Shown: positions 13,901 to 64,000 of the stretch, piece by piece
Layout of the letters: each line of letters starts with the position of its first letter
Numbering within the stretch: position 1 is the first letter of the stretch
NCBI GenBank assembly: GCA_964035545.1
Contig: OZ037770.1
Location: forward strand, 2,232,001-2,296,000
Direction: 5' to 3'
DNA length: 64,000 nt
DNA from: Bugula neritina
Lineage: Eukaryota; Animalia; Bryozoa
Translations under genes and position numbers: made by a program
The notes under the pieces: generated by a model
Database searches by the model: none
Seen by the model: only the letters and a program-made list of their open reading frames with translations
Told to the model about the DNA's origin: nothing

Positions 13901-15872
13901 GCATTTGCCATTATAACAGTGAAAAAAGTTGATTAAAGTAAAATCGTACATCAGTTTTTTGATGAACATTCTATAAAAAAACAAGTGTTAAACTTTTCAA
14001 ACCTGCAAAATAAATACCCAGACAATAATTTAACGAAAAATTGCAGAAAGAGTATGACAGGGTTTTGGAATTTTATACCTGTAAACGTAACGCTTCCAAC
14101 TGCAAACTAGATAGTGACTGAATTTAAATTTCCTGGTGACACACTCTGCATGAAACTACCCTAGCAGATCTAACTCAACTATAACATACCACTTACATTG
14201 CCTTTAATTTTGAGATCCATGTTGTATATCTCCTTATAGTCCCCAGGTCTGTCACTGGATAACCTGCCATAGAAGTACAGAGTGTTATGTTATCTCCGGT
14301 ACAAGAGAGCTACTTACAAACAAACCAAGTGTTTCATTTTTAGTTGAAATATACTCGTCAATATTTCTAGAGCAGCTCAAATTAAAATAAATAGCAATAA
14401 TAGAAACTGAATTCTAAATAGGGGTGGCAACTGAAGCAAGAAACTGAGTATAAATAAAAATTACGAGTCTCGAATAGTAACAGTAAAAAGCTTAAATTCA
14501 TAGACTAGTTGTGAATAAAAAAATTTCAATTTAGGAAGGCCAAATTTTGAACATGAAGTGAAAGCAATGTGTGTGTTGTGTGTTGTGTGTGTGAGTGTAT
14601 GTATGTATGTGTATGTGTGTGTGTGTGTTGTGCTAGTGTGTGTGGGTGTGTGTAAGTGTGTGTGCACGTGTGTTGTGTGTGTAGGTGTGTGAGTGTATGT
14701 ATGTATGTGTGGTGTGTGAGTGTATGTATTTAACTTACTGTTCCCGTCCTATAGAAGCCCACCCTCCATTCTCACCTCCTGCAGCTGGTCTGGCAAACTT
14801 GACTTTCTCTTCAACTGGCAAATCAAAGAACTTCCTGGACTGATCAGCGTACAACTGAGCCTGGAATACAAATAGCAGCAAGTTTTGAGTATGCTGAGAG
14901 AAACCACACACACTTACACAATGATGAGTTGTATTACTTATATTGAACAAGTTATCTCTAATATATCTACAATTATAAAATAACTTTTTACAAAGCCGTT
15001 CATGTACTGCATAGAATTAAAACTCACACAAGTTTATAGTCACCATGTCACAGATTCTAATTTACAAACTGTTATAATATATATCACTCTCTTTTGTTAT
15101 TTTGTTACACTTATAATTAGTATGGCACACAAGCCTATGCAAGCATTATTGCGCAATAATTGTTTACATTCTTAGTCACTCTTTATTGGCTAATGAATAG
15201 TGCCTGTTTTACACGAGTCATGCACAGTGTGGAATGTGGTAGTATTTTCTAGACTTATCAGTTAAGTATAAAAGCAGATGTTTTACTTGTAAAAGTAGAG
15301 TTCAGCAATAAAGTTCTTATAAAGCACACAGCTCAACAAAGACCATTATATTACGACAGGACATCTCATCTTTAATTCTGGTAGAGGAAGACATCGCGAT
15401 ATTTTTAGACACCAGATATTTCTAATTGAACCGTCACACTGTACACACCAAACTATGTGACAGAAATCCTGATGGAAAGGTTGTTTTATAATAAATTGGG
15501 CCAGGAACTTAATCAGATGAGGCACAGGAGCATTATGACTGGATGCTTTTCTCAACATCACCAATAGCCTTTGTTAGGTTCAAATCCACGACTTCTGTTT
15601 ACTGAGCAAACACTTTAACCCTTAGACTACGGCTGCTTCTTATGGACTGTATACTATACTTGTTTGTTATTTTATTTAGTAGTTTCTTTTCACCAAATGG
15701 CTACTGTTAGCATTAGACTGTGTTTATTTTTAGTTCTTACCATTTCCCACAATCCTGTGTTTGTAAGACAAGCAAATCCAGAGGTTGTTAAAGCATCAAA
15801 TAGCTGCTGTGAAGCCGTAGAATCATCCTGAGAGATGTCGATCACAGGAACATGAGGCTTTCTTTCCGACAT
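10947..15872 (-). CDS. 2-oxoglutarate/Fe(II)-dependent dioxygenase, paralog B, 8 coding exons
   Basis: Exons 15872-15741, 14860-14739, 14263-14197, 13810-13697, 13413-13320, 12619-12531, 11764-11651, 11126-10947. Same intron positions and phases as paralog A. Motifs: VPVIDI, FFDLPVEEKVKF, GDYKE, CGEHSDYGSITLL, KHRVLIP, RVSVIFF. Confidence 0.93.
14568..14728. repeat. Imperfect (TG)n microsatellite
   Basis: Directly visible. Confidence 0.9.
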
Positions 15873-16562
15873 GTTTTATTCTACAAAAATCAACTACTGT
15901 AACTGCAAGTGTATGCAGTGAGTGTATGCAATCAATATGATTGGTGTTGAATGAATATTTAAACTGAATCTGACCCTGATTCACACTGATACCGATACCC
16001 AACTTCATAGTAATGATATACTAATATCTGTATAACTGTGAACGCTACCTCGCTAGTAGTAATACTAGTACAACATCATGACATTTTGAGTCTTTTTTCA
16101 ACAAGAGCTACCAGACTCTAGAGGAAACATATATTGAAAAATTAACAAAACATTCAATCATTCATGACTTAAGGCCAAACAAATTTCACACTGTCAGTGT
16201 AAGTTTAAATCTAACGACGCATTAGTATAAGTAATAAATTGTGTAATTGATGTGAGTGTTTGATGTCTTCAAACTCTGTGATATGGTTAGGTGATAATAA
16301 AGTTATAATTATAAGTATAACTATACATTAAATGAAAATTTATATTTATACTTAATCTTATCCCTTATACTTATAGTTATACTCGACTTATAATTATGCT
16401 TATAGTCAGATACTTAAAGTTATAATAATACTTAATGTTGTACTACTACTTATACTTATAGCTATTAATATTACTGTATTAGTATTACTATTACTATTAG
16501 TAGTAAACATTAGCATTACTTAATCATAACGATAATCAGTGACAATGGTAGTATTAGTAGGC

Positions 16563-19500
16563 CTCATCTCATCTCATCTAATTAATCTCACTCGGAGCGC
16601 TTTGGCTGTGTGGTGTATGAACAATTGTTTAGATTATCAGTAGTAAGGAGGAAAACCATTTTGTCTTCGAGATAAGAATATAGTTAATTATGCTTTGATT
16701 CAAAGCTCAATAGCTAGCTACTGCCAGGGAAGAAAAAAAGAGGAAAAAAAAAGTAAATAAATAAATAAATATACACCGCACAGCTTCAGATGATATAAAG
16801 CAGAGTCGGTGTTAAGTGCTTATAATCAGTTAGGCAAAGCAGCTAGAATCATTAGAAAAGTTTATGGATGCGATGTTTATATGAATCTTTGGCAGTTTTG
16901 GTATTGATATTGCCCTTAATAGCACCATGTCTGGTATTGTGAGACTCTGCAAAATGAAGGGAGAACCAGTCTCGGTCTATAGCGGCACTACCAGAAAGCA
17001 TACGAAAGTACATTTTTTGGTCTGCATTGTCACGTCTTTGTGCAAGGCTATCCCAATTAGAATTTGTCATGAGCTCAGTTATATGGTCTCGTTTTCTCTT
17101 ACAGAATGTCCACCTGAAGGCTTTTCTATTTATACCTTCTATGATGTTGATGTTTTTCAATTTAAATGGAGACCAGGTGTGGGTCGCAAATTCTAGAATA
17201 GGGCGACAGACTGTTTTATAAGCTATGGCTCTGGTTTTACTTTTAGCCTTTTTTAGACAGCGCATCAGCATGTGTAATAATTTATTAGCTTTTGAGCAAA
17301 TGTTCATTATATGTTGATCGAATGACAGTTTATTATCAATCGTGACACCAAGCAAGGTATAGTACTTTGTCAACACATTGTAAGGGGTCATTATTCATGC
17401 TGTATTGAGACACTAGAGGATTTACAGTGGAGCGTTGAATTGTCATATGCTCACATTTCTTTATATTGAACTTCATCTGAGAACTGTCTGCCCAAGTTAT
17501 AAGATGGTCTAAGTCATTCTGAAATAAACTAGAATCAGCAGGTGTTGTGATTGGTTTGTACAACAAGGAATCATCTGCATATAGTTTAAGCTTGCTGTTA
17601 GCTACCGCAGAGTGCATGTCATTTATGTACACATTAAATAACAATGGTCCTAATACACTGCCTTGGGGCACTCCTGAGGTCACATGTCTAGTGGCCGATT
17701 TGACGTTGTTGACACAGACTGAAAGAAGACGGTTCTGAAGCCATGAAAAAATCCATTTGACAGTTTTATCAGCTATTCCGATATTTAGCAGTTTAACCTG
17801 TAGTTTATGGTGCGACACAACGTCAAAGGCCTTTGAAAAATCCAAGACAGCGAGGTCAACCGGTATCATTTCATCGAAAAAATCTATAAATTCACTCACG
17901 GTATTCAACAACTGAGTATCCCAGCCATGGTTTGTCCTGAAAACATGTTGGTGTGGGTAAAACAGGTCATTTGATTCGAGGAAACAGTTGATATTATGTG
18001 ATACGATATGCTCGAAGATTTTGGATATGATAGAAGTGAGTGATATTGGCCTGTAATTCAGCGGGTTTGTACGACTTCCTTTCTTGAAGATCGGTACAAT
18101 GTTTGCTGTTTTCCAGTCTTGTGGTGTCTGAGATGTATCGTAAAAGTACTGAAAAACCTTTGTCAGGGGCTCATATATATAATGTGCAAGATATTTTAGA
18201 AGTGCAGGAGAAAGCTCATCTGGGCCAGCACCTTTTCGTGGATCGAGTTTGGTGAGCTGTGTTAGGACTCCCCGAGGATCAAATTGTATAGGAGATGATA
18301 GAGTTTGAGGTGGAATGCAGGGAGGGATATTACCATCATCAATAGAAAACACAGAAGCAAAGGAGTCCGCAAAAGATTCAGCTATAGCAGTATTGTTGTT
18401 AGGGGGGATGTTGTCTAGTTGGCGTACAGTATTTGAGCTGCCCTTTTTACTTGCTATGAACCGATAAAGAGGTTTTGAGTCACCCTGCTCTAATGTATTG
18501 CATATGTGTTTGTTTATATAATTATTATAGTCCCTGTTACACAATTTCTTGCAGTACCGGGACTGGGTGGCATGTTTTAAAATGTTATGCGGGGTGCGAT
18601 CGTTAAGGCAAGCTAGGTGGAGGTGTTTTCTTTTTCTGATCTCACTTTTAGTTTCTTGGGATATCCAGAGTTCTGATTTTTTCTTTCTAAATTTGTATGG
18701 GATATTGGAATGTGCTACCTGAAGTATTCCAGATTTGAGATTATGCCATAACTGTTCAGCGCTACATTTTTTAGAGATATCTGAGGTGATTTTACAATGT
18801 AGGGAGTAACAGTCCACGGTGATGTTCGTTATGTCTGCCTTTTCAAACTGCCAATATGGTTTTGGTTTGGTTAAGGATGCTGTCCTTTTAATAACATTAT
18901 CCACCAACACATTGAAATTGATAATAAAATGGTCAGAGCAGGATGTCTCAACTCGGGGGTTAGTGGTAGTTACATTTGTAACAACTAGGTCAAGCGTATT
19001 ACCTTTGTCGTGAGTAGGTTCATTGATAGCCTAAGAAAGATTATTCGAAATTATAAAATCTACGAACAATTGATGCAAGTTAGTTTCTCTTGTTGTTTTA
19101 AGTACAGGCCTGCTACTATCATTCCAGTCAATGTCAGGTAGGTTAAAATCCCCAACCATAACAATGTTCGGATTGGTTTGATCATAATACCAATTTACTA
19201 TATCTTCTACTTGTTTTATACAGGGTCTACGGTAATAGCATGCAATAGTGAAAGAGTATCCACAGACTGATAAGTCAAGGGCAATGATTTCCCCAGGGTG
19301 TGAGACATTGATTCTACTAACAACAAAGGGACATTTATTGGATAGGCCTATAAGGACTCCACCTCGACGTCCTAGTCTGTCAGTTCGATCACGCCGGTAC
19401 AGGGTGTAATCTCTGGATAACTCATTATCGGAAACTGATGAATCTAGTTTTGTTTCACATAAGCACAAGATATCTGGCGATTGCTGATCTAATAGCATGG

Positions 19501-20063
19501 AAAGTTCATGTATTTTACCCCTGATACCATTACAATTCCAAGATATTACTTTTAACTCTTTTTGTTCTGCCATGATAGTTGAGTTGGACAGGTTAGTTAG
19601 CAGTAGAGTGGTAATGTCCAGCTGTGTTTTTATCAGTTATGGTGTTAGTCCCGCTGGGGTCCCGGAGAGATTCTGAAGCAATAGTATCAGAGTCATGGGC
19701 AAACTTGGACCAGCGGTCTGACCTGGATGTTTTAGACTTGGAGTAAATAGAGCCATTTCTTACTTGAAACATTTTGTCTGAGTGAGTTGCTTTTAATTCG
19801 TCCCTCAGTTTTCTAAGTTTATAGTCACGGTCACGCTCTTCAGGAGATAGGTCTGGTGTACAAAATGTAGATGCTTTATTTTCCCAGGTGTTGTATCTAT
19901 ACATAAAATCATTTTTATTCATCTCAGAACTAAAGGTGGCTTTAACTGGTCTTATTTTGTCAGAGTTGGGGAGGTTCATGTTACGTCTACCTAGTCTAGA
20001 GAATTTTAACAGAGACTCATGATTGAAACTTAGAATATCACATATTTCCATAATCTCTTCCAT
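16563..20063 (-). mobile_element. Non-LTR retrotransposon (CR1/L2/Jockey-group LINE), 5'-truncated, inactivated
   Basis: ORF1 remnant 19593-20063. ORF2 starts at 19573 with AP endonuclease motifs (SWNCNG, LCETKL, VGDFNLP, SDH) and has an in-frame TAG at 19031-19033. RT motifs: YRPISLTS, LDFSKAFD, GVPQGSVLGPLLF, YADD. Frameshift near 17355; ORF2 ends at 16852. The 3' UTR ends in an (ATGAG)3 microsatellite tail at 16563-16577. Confidence 0.92.
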
Positions 20064-20688
20064 GGTATTGTTAATACAAATTATTGATGATTATAATAGA
20101 GCAATTCAATAAAGATAAATAAAATCAATAAATCTAAACACAATTAATTTCATTATTATTATATTTAATAATAATAAATAAAATAAATACTTCATTATTT
20201 TAAAATAATTTATTAAATTTAATAAATTAATATTAAATAAATTCTTATTATAAAACTAGTTTAGTAAATGTTATTTTTCTTTTTTATTCTTCAGTTATAT
20301 TAATTATTTTAAAAACTTGAACTTTTAAATGATTTTTTAGTAAATAATGCTGAAGTTAAAGTCAAATTAAAAGAAAAAGGAATCGGTTTATTTCAGAAGA
20401 ATCTTTTTCAAATGTGCCATTTATCAAGTTGAAAAGTGGGCAACAAACAAACCCACTCCTGTTTAAAGTTGATTCGCTTGATGTGAACAACTTTTTCGTC
20501 TCAATAGAATATCGAAAAAACGATTAAATAATAAAATTAGTCTATTGCGTTAGTTTGTAGCTGCTCAACTTAAATGACGTTTTGCGTATTTCCGAAAACT
20601 CCAACGTAGTTGAAGCTCAATTGTCAATTTGGATTGTGGAAATTACGGTCATAAAACTACAACACTTTGCCTGTTATAATCGCCAGTA

Positions 20689-23138
20689 ATGGGGAAAAAG
20701 CGGTACTATTGTCACTTTTGTGACAAACATCTTGCTGATAATCCTCAAACTCGTAAAAAGCACAATTTAGGTCTTCAACATTGCACTAACAAAAAACTTC
20801 ATTACGCTCTCTTCAAAGGTAAACTAAAATTAATAGTAAACCTAAAAGTTAAAGTTAAAGTAAAACTTAAACTACCGCTACAGCTTTAATGATCATTAAT
20901 CACTATATTGTATGCAATGTTACAGTTAAATAAATTTATTTGGGCTGATATTAGACTTCCTCATAGTCATAGTGTTTTATAGTTAAACATGAATATAGTT
21001 TCAGTTTTACGTTGTTTACTGTTTGTGTCTAGTAGTAGTACAGTAGTAATGACTAAGTTTAATGTGGTTGAATACTATCAAGCTCAAAGCATTTAGCATT
21101 GTTATATATCATTGTGAGTGAATGATTGGTGACACTGATTGTGAATAGTTTTGAAAGGAAAATGCATCTTTTTTTAATTTTTTTTCTGCAGTGTGAAATT
21201 TCAGTGTGGTACAGTGTCTACTAGTACTAAATGTAATATACGAATACCATTTTCATTTTGACTTTGTGATTTTATCAGTATTATAATTTGTCCAGCTATC
21301 ACTCTTAGTATAATTTATCACTTTTAAAATACTGAATATTATAAGATAAAAGGTTGCAGTTCTATAGGTTAGTACTGGCTAGTATTTACTTATTTATTGC
21401 AGTGAATATTACAAGATAAAAGGTTGCAGTTCTATAGGTTAGTACTGGCTAGTATTTACTTATTTATTGCAGTGAATATTATAAGATAAAAGGTTGCAGT
21501 TCTATAGGTTAGTACTGGCTAGTATTTACTTATTTATTGCAGTGAATATTATAAGATAAAAGGTTGCAGTTCTATAGGTTAGTACTGGCTAGTATTTACT
21601 TATTTATTGCAGTGAATATTATAAGATAAAAGGTTGCAGTTCTATAGGTTAGTACTGGCTAGTATTTACTTATTTATTGCAGTGAATATTATAAGATAAA
21701 AGGTTGCAGTCCTATTGGTTAGTACTGGCTAGTATTTAGTTTGGCTATTTATTGCAGTGAATATGACATGTTCTATATTCCTTAAACTAAGCTAGTAAAT
21801 ACCGTTGTCGTAAAACTAAAAATACTCTTGGGTTGTCTTTTTAGTTTTATTAAACCGATTATTTAACTCACATAATTTTATGTACTTTTCTGTTTTATAA
21901 ATTTATAATTTATTGATGATGCGTGTACTTTTGATGAAAAAACTATTAAATCCTAGTAATTTGAAGTTACTTTAGTAATTAATTTAAGGTATAAAGTTTG
22001 TGTATGTCACTATGTTCATATCAATTAGAAATCTCCGAAACTAGCTCTTATTGCGTAGTGTTGAGTTTACCCAGAAGCACCTGTGGTGTAATTGGTTAGT
22101 GCGCCTGCTTGCAAGCCGGAAGTCTATGGTTCGAATCCCGGTGAGAGCAATAATTTTATACATTGTTTTGAAGATGCAGCAGAGCTGTTAGCAGAAGATG
22201 AGGGCAAGCAGGTGTGCAGACGTTACATGAACACTGGGCAATGTCAGTTTGGAGATGTTTGTCGGTATTCCCACATGACTCCTGAAGTACGTCTGCAACT
22301 CAAAGCACAAGGTGTGGCAACTCTACAATATATATCCTATATTATAGTATACTATGATATACTATACTATACTATCATACTATGCTATATTATATTATAC
22401 ATTATACTATGATATACTATATTATACATCATACTGTGATATACTATATTAAGATTCCTTAAAATATTATACTATATTAGCAGAATATATCATAACACAT
22501 GAGCTCCTTGTTGTTGCGATTCTAAATTAGGGAATTTCTTGACAAATTGACAGTGAGTTTAATTGACAAATCAGGGGTTGAATTTTAACGTTCATCACCA
22601 CATACTTTAGTATTTAACATACTCGAGTACTTGACATACTCGAGTACTTGGCATACTTGAGTACTTGGCATACTTGAGTACTTGACATACTTGAGTACTT
22701 GATATACTTGAGTACTTGGCATACTGGAGTATTCTTGAATAAACTTGAGTGATAGGCTATAGCAGTTGCATTTAGAGCTCTGTAATCACACAAATACACT
22801 GTTTTAGATTCTGCTATTGAGTTTCTCACATTCAGTCTCACTCTTTCACTCACTTTCTAGTTGACAGGAAGCACCAAGAAGATAATGGAGCTGTTGATGT
22901 CGAGACTCTGCAGCAAGTACCTCTAGAGGACTGGCTGCGGAGGAATCAGTTTGAATCTGTAGAACTCAAAGGGACTAGCAATGAGCCAATAACTGAGAGT
23001 CTTGGAAGTTTTAGTCTAAGTACCGATGAGTTACCAGAATGTTTGAAGGGTGTACAAAGCATCCCTTCCTCCCTCCTTCCACCTTTTATGAGAGACTATA
23101 AGGCTACACTCCCACCTCCTCCTGACTGGGGAGAATAG
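20689..23138 (+). CDS. ZMAT5: Zinc finger matrin-type protein 5 (U11/U12 snRNP 20K), 3 coding exons
   Basis: Exons 20689-20818, 22174-22311, 22861-23138. N-terminal U1-C/matrin finger MGKKRYYCHFCDK...RKKHNLGLQH, CCCH finger CRRYMNTGQCQFGDVCRYSH, and Pro-rich C-terminus IPSSLLPP...PPPPDWGE*, matching the known ZMAT5 architecture. Confidence 0.88.
21333..21763. repeat. 70-bp tandem repeat, about 6 copies, in ZMAT5 intron 1
   Basis: Units start at 21333, 21403, 21473, 21543, 21613 and 21683 and are near-identical. Confidence 0.95.
22055..22160 (+). mobile_element. tRNA(Ala-like)-derived short repeat/SINE family A (best-preserved copy)
   Basis: Leader GTAGTGTTGAGTTTACCCAG, A box TGGTGTAATTGG, CCTGCTTGCAAG anticodon arm, B box GGTTCGAATCCC, then an AATTTTATA end. 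Other copies at about 1812-1910(-), 3075-3160(+), 6150-6264(+), 8218-8265(-), 9974-10049(+), 10468-10613(-), 23802-23908(+), 24030-24133(+), 25362-25468(-). Confidence 0.8.
22618..22732. repeat. Short tandem repeat (CATACTTGAGTACTTGR), about 7 copies, in ZMAT5 intron 2
   Basis: Direct tandem copies. Confidence 0.9.
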
Positions 23139-24367
23139 CTATTCTTGTTTCAACATTTTCTATTTTACGTTTTTTAGTTTTTATACTTTTTTATCATTTA
23201 TTGCATTGAGTTGATTTAAACTCTGATGCGCTATTTTTATAGTGGTGATGCATGATCTACAGTACTCTCTACAAGCAATATTACCTGGTCATTTTGTTAA
23301 TGCTAAAATGTAATAATTAGTTAATAAATATTTGCGAAACATTTAGGCCAAATATAGTTTTATAGAATTAAAAATATCACATCAACTGCTTTTAATGGAA
23401 CCAGAAAGTTAAGCACACAATATAGTTTTGAAGACTAAACTTAAAAACAATCTGCAACATATACTTAAGATACTTATTCTTTTGTTACTCAGCTATAAAT
23501 TGGCTAAAATCTAATTATGACAAATGATTATAATTGCTAGCAACATCAATAGAACAGCAGATAATAGTTTTATTTTTGCAGTACCACAACATGAAAGTGC
23601 ATGTCTAGCCTATAGTTCTCCCCTCTCAAGAAAAGTTTCAATTCTCAATTAATATAATGTAGCTGTAGTATTATTAATATACTTTGTCCAGTAAAACAAA
23701 TTCACCGTGTCCTTAATTTGACAAATAAACAATAATAATCAAATCAACCTCTTTTTAAAAAAGTGCAGCGTTGTTTCAGTCTTAGTTGTCATCTTAACTT
23801 TGTAGTCTCAAGTTGACCCAGTAGCTCCTGTGGTGTAATGGTAGCTCGCCTGCTTGCAAACAAGAGGCCTGTGGTTCACATGGGGGGGGGGGGGGGGGTT
23901 ATTTTATAAGCTATTTCAGCTTTTAGTGAAATTTAATAGTGCTCTGAGAGAGTTGAAAGGCCAGGGGAGCCTGAAGACTGAAGGAGTAGTTATAAGAGAC
24001 CAGTAGACCTCTTGGGAACTGGGTGCGATGTAGTGTGGAGAGTATCTAGTGGCCCGGTGGTGTAAGTTGTAAGTGTGCCTGCTTGTAAGCTAGAGGTCAC
24101 AGATTGAAACCCTGTGAGGCCAAAGGTTTTATAATTTCATGGAGTTTAATGGATAAGCATTGAGCTGAGTATGTTTGACTAATGATTAAACTAAATAATG
24201 TTGTAATTTGCAAGGAACAGTAATTAAATTTTCTTATCTTTGTACACTTAAAAGAATTGAGATAAGTTCTAAGAATATTTAATTATTGCTGAGTCAGTTC
24301 ATATCTGCTTTGACCGGCACTTGACAACAACCATCAGCTCTGAATTCAAACCCTCCTCCAGCTAACC

Positions 24368-63803
<39,436 letters not shown>

Positions 63804-64000
63804 GTAATGTTATTTAAAACAATATGTAAATGCTATTCATTCAATTACATTCAGGTACATTAATTCTAGCATATTTTATTGTCTAATTCCTCTATGCCAG
63901 TTTCAATTAATTTGCCGTTTGGATTTAGCTTCATGCTATTGTCAGATACTCCATGTTAAAAATATAATGCAGATGGGAAGAATTTTGTTTCTGTGTAAAT

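Noticed and set aside
21333-21763. CRISPR-like array
   Set aside because: The units are contiguous near-identical repeats with no unique spacers, the context is eukaryotic, and there are no cas genes.
22077-22149. Functional tRNA-Ala(TGC) gene
   Set aside because: The acceptor and T stems do not pair properly, and many diverged copies are scattered nearby. This is a tRNA-derived repeat.
22331-22340. U12-type AT-AC intron donor (ATATCCTA) in ZMAT5
   Set aside because: It is an imperfect match within low-complexity TA-rich sequence. The GT at 22312 and AG at 22859-22860 already give an in-frame product.

Overview
AT-rich, intron-rich animal (probably invertebrate) genomic DNA; the species cannot be determined from the window. 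Host genes, reconstructed by hand from GT-AG exons: two tandem 8-exon 2-oxoglutarate/Fe(II) dioxygenase paralogs (- strand, 2.6-15.9 kb), ZMAT5 (U11/U12 snRNP 20K; + strand, 20.7-23.1 kb), and a GBP/atlastin-family large GTPase (+ strand, from 24.4 kb to past the window end). The GTPase has a degenerate G3 motif (DIQS). Its coiled-coil tail is encoded by at least eight consecutive 63-nt, phase-0 exons, each exactly 3 heptads. Mobile DNA: a 5'-truncated CR1/L2-like LINE; two full-length but mutated Ty3/Gypsy elements (both LTRs, 4-bp TSD, tRNA-Leu PBS, -1 frameshift site); one internally deleted Gypsy; one Gypsy relic; CACTA-, hAT- and PIF-type non-autonomous DNA transposons; and two tRNA-derived SINE-like families. 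The most unusual signal is that all four Gypsy copies, including a quite divergent one, carry a third ORF. In the three copies that retain pol it lies downstream of pol, in the env position. It is not env-like: it encodes a tandem C2H2/C2HC zinc-finger pair, a conserved VD-x4-PEF motif and a C-terminal coiled coil. All alignments and counts were made by eye; no database searches were run.
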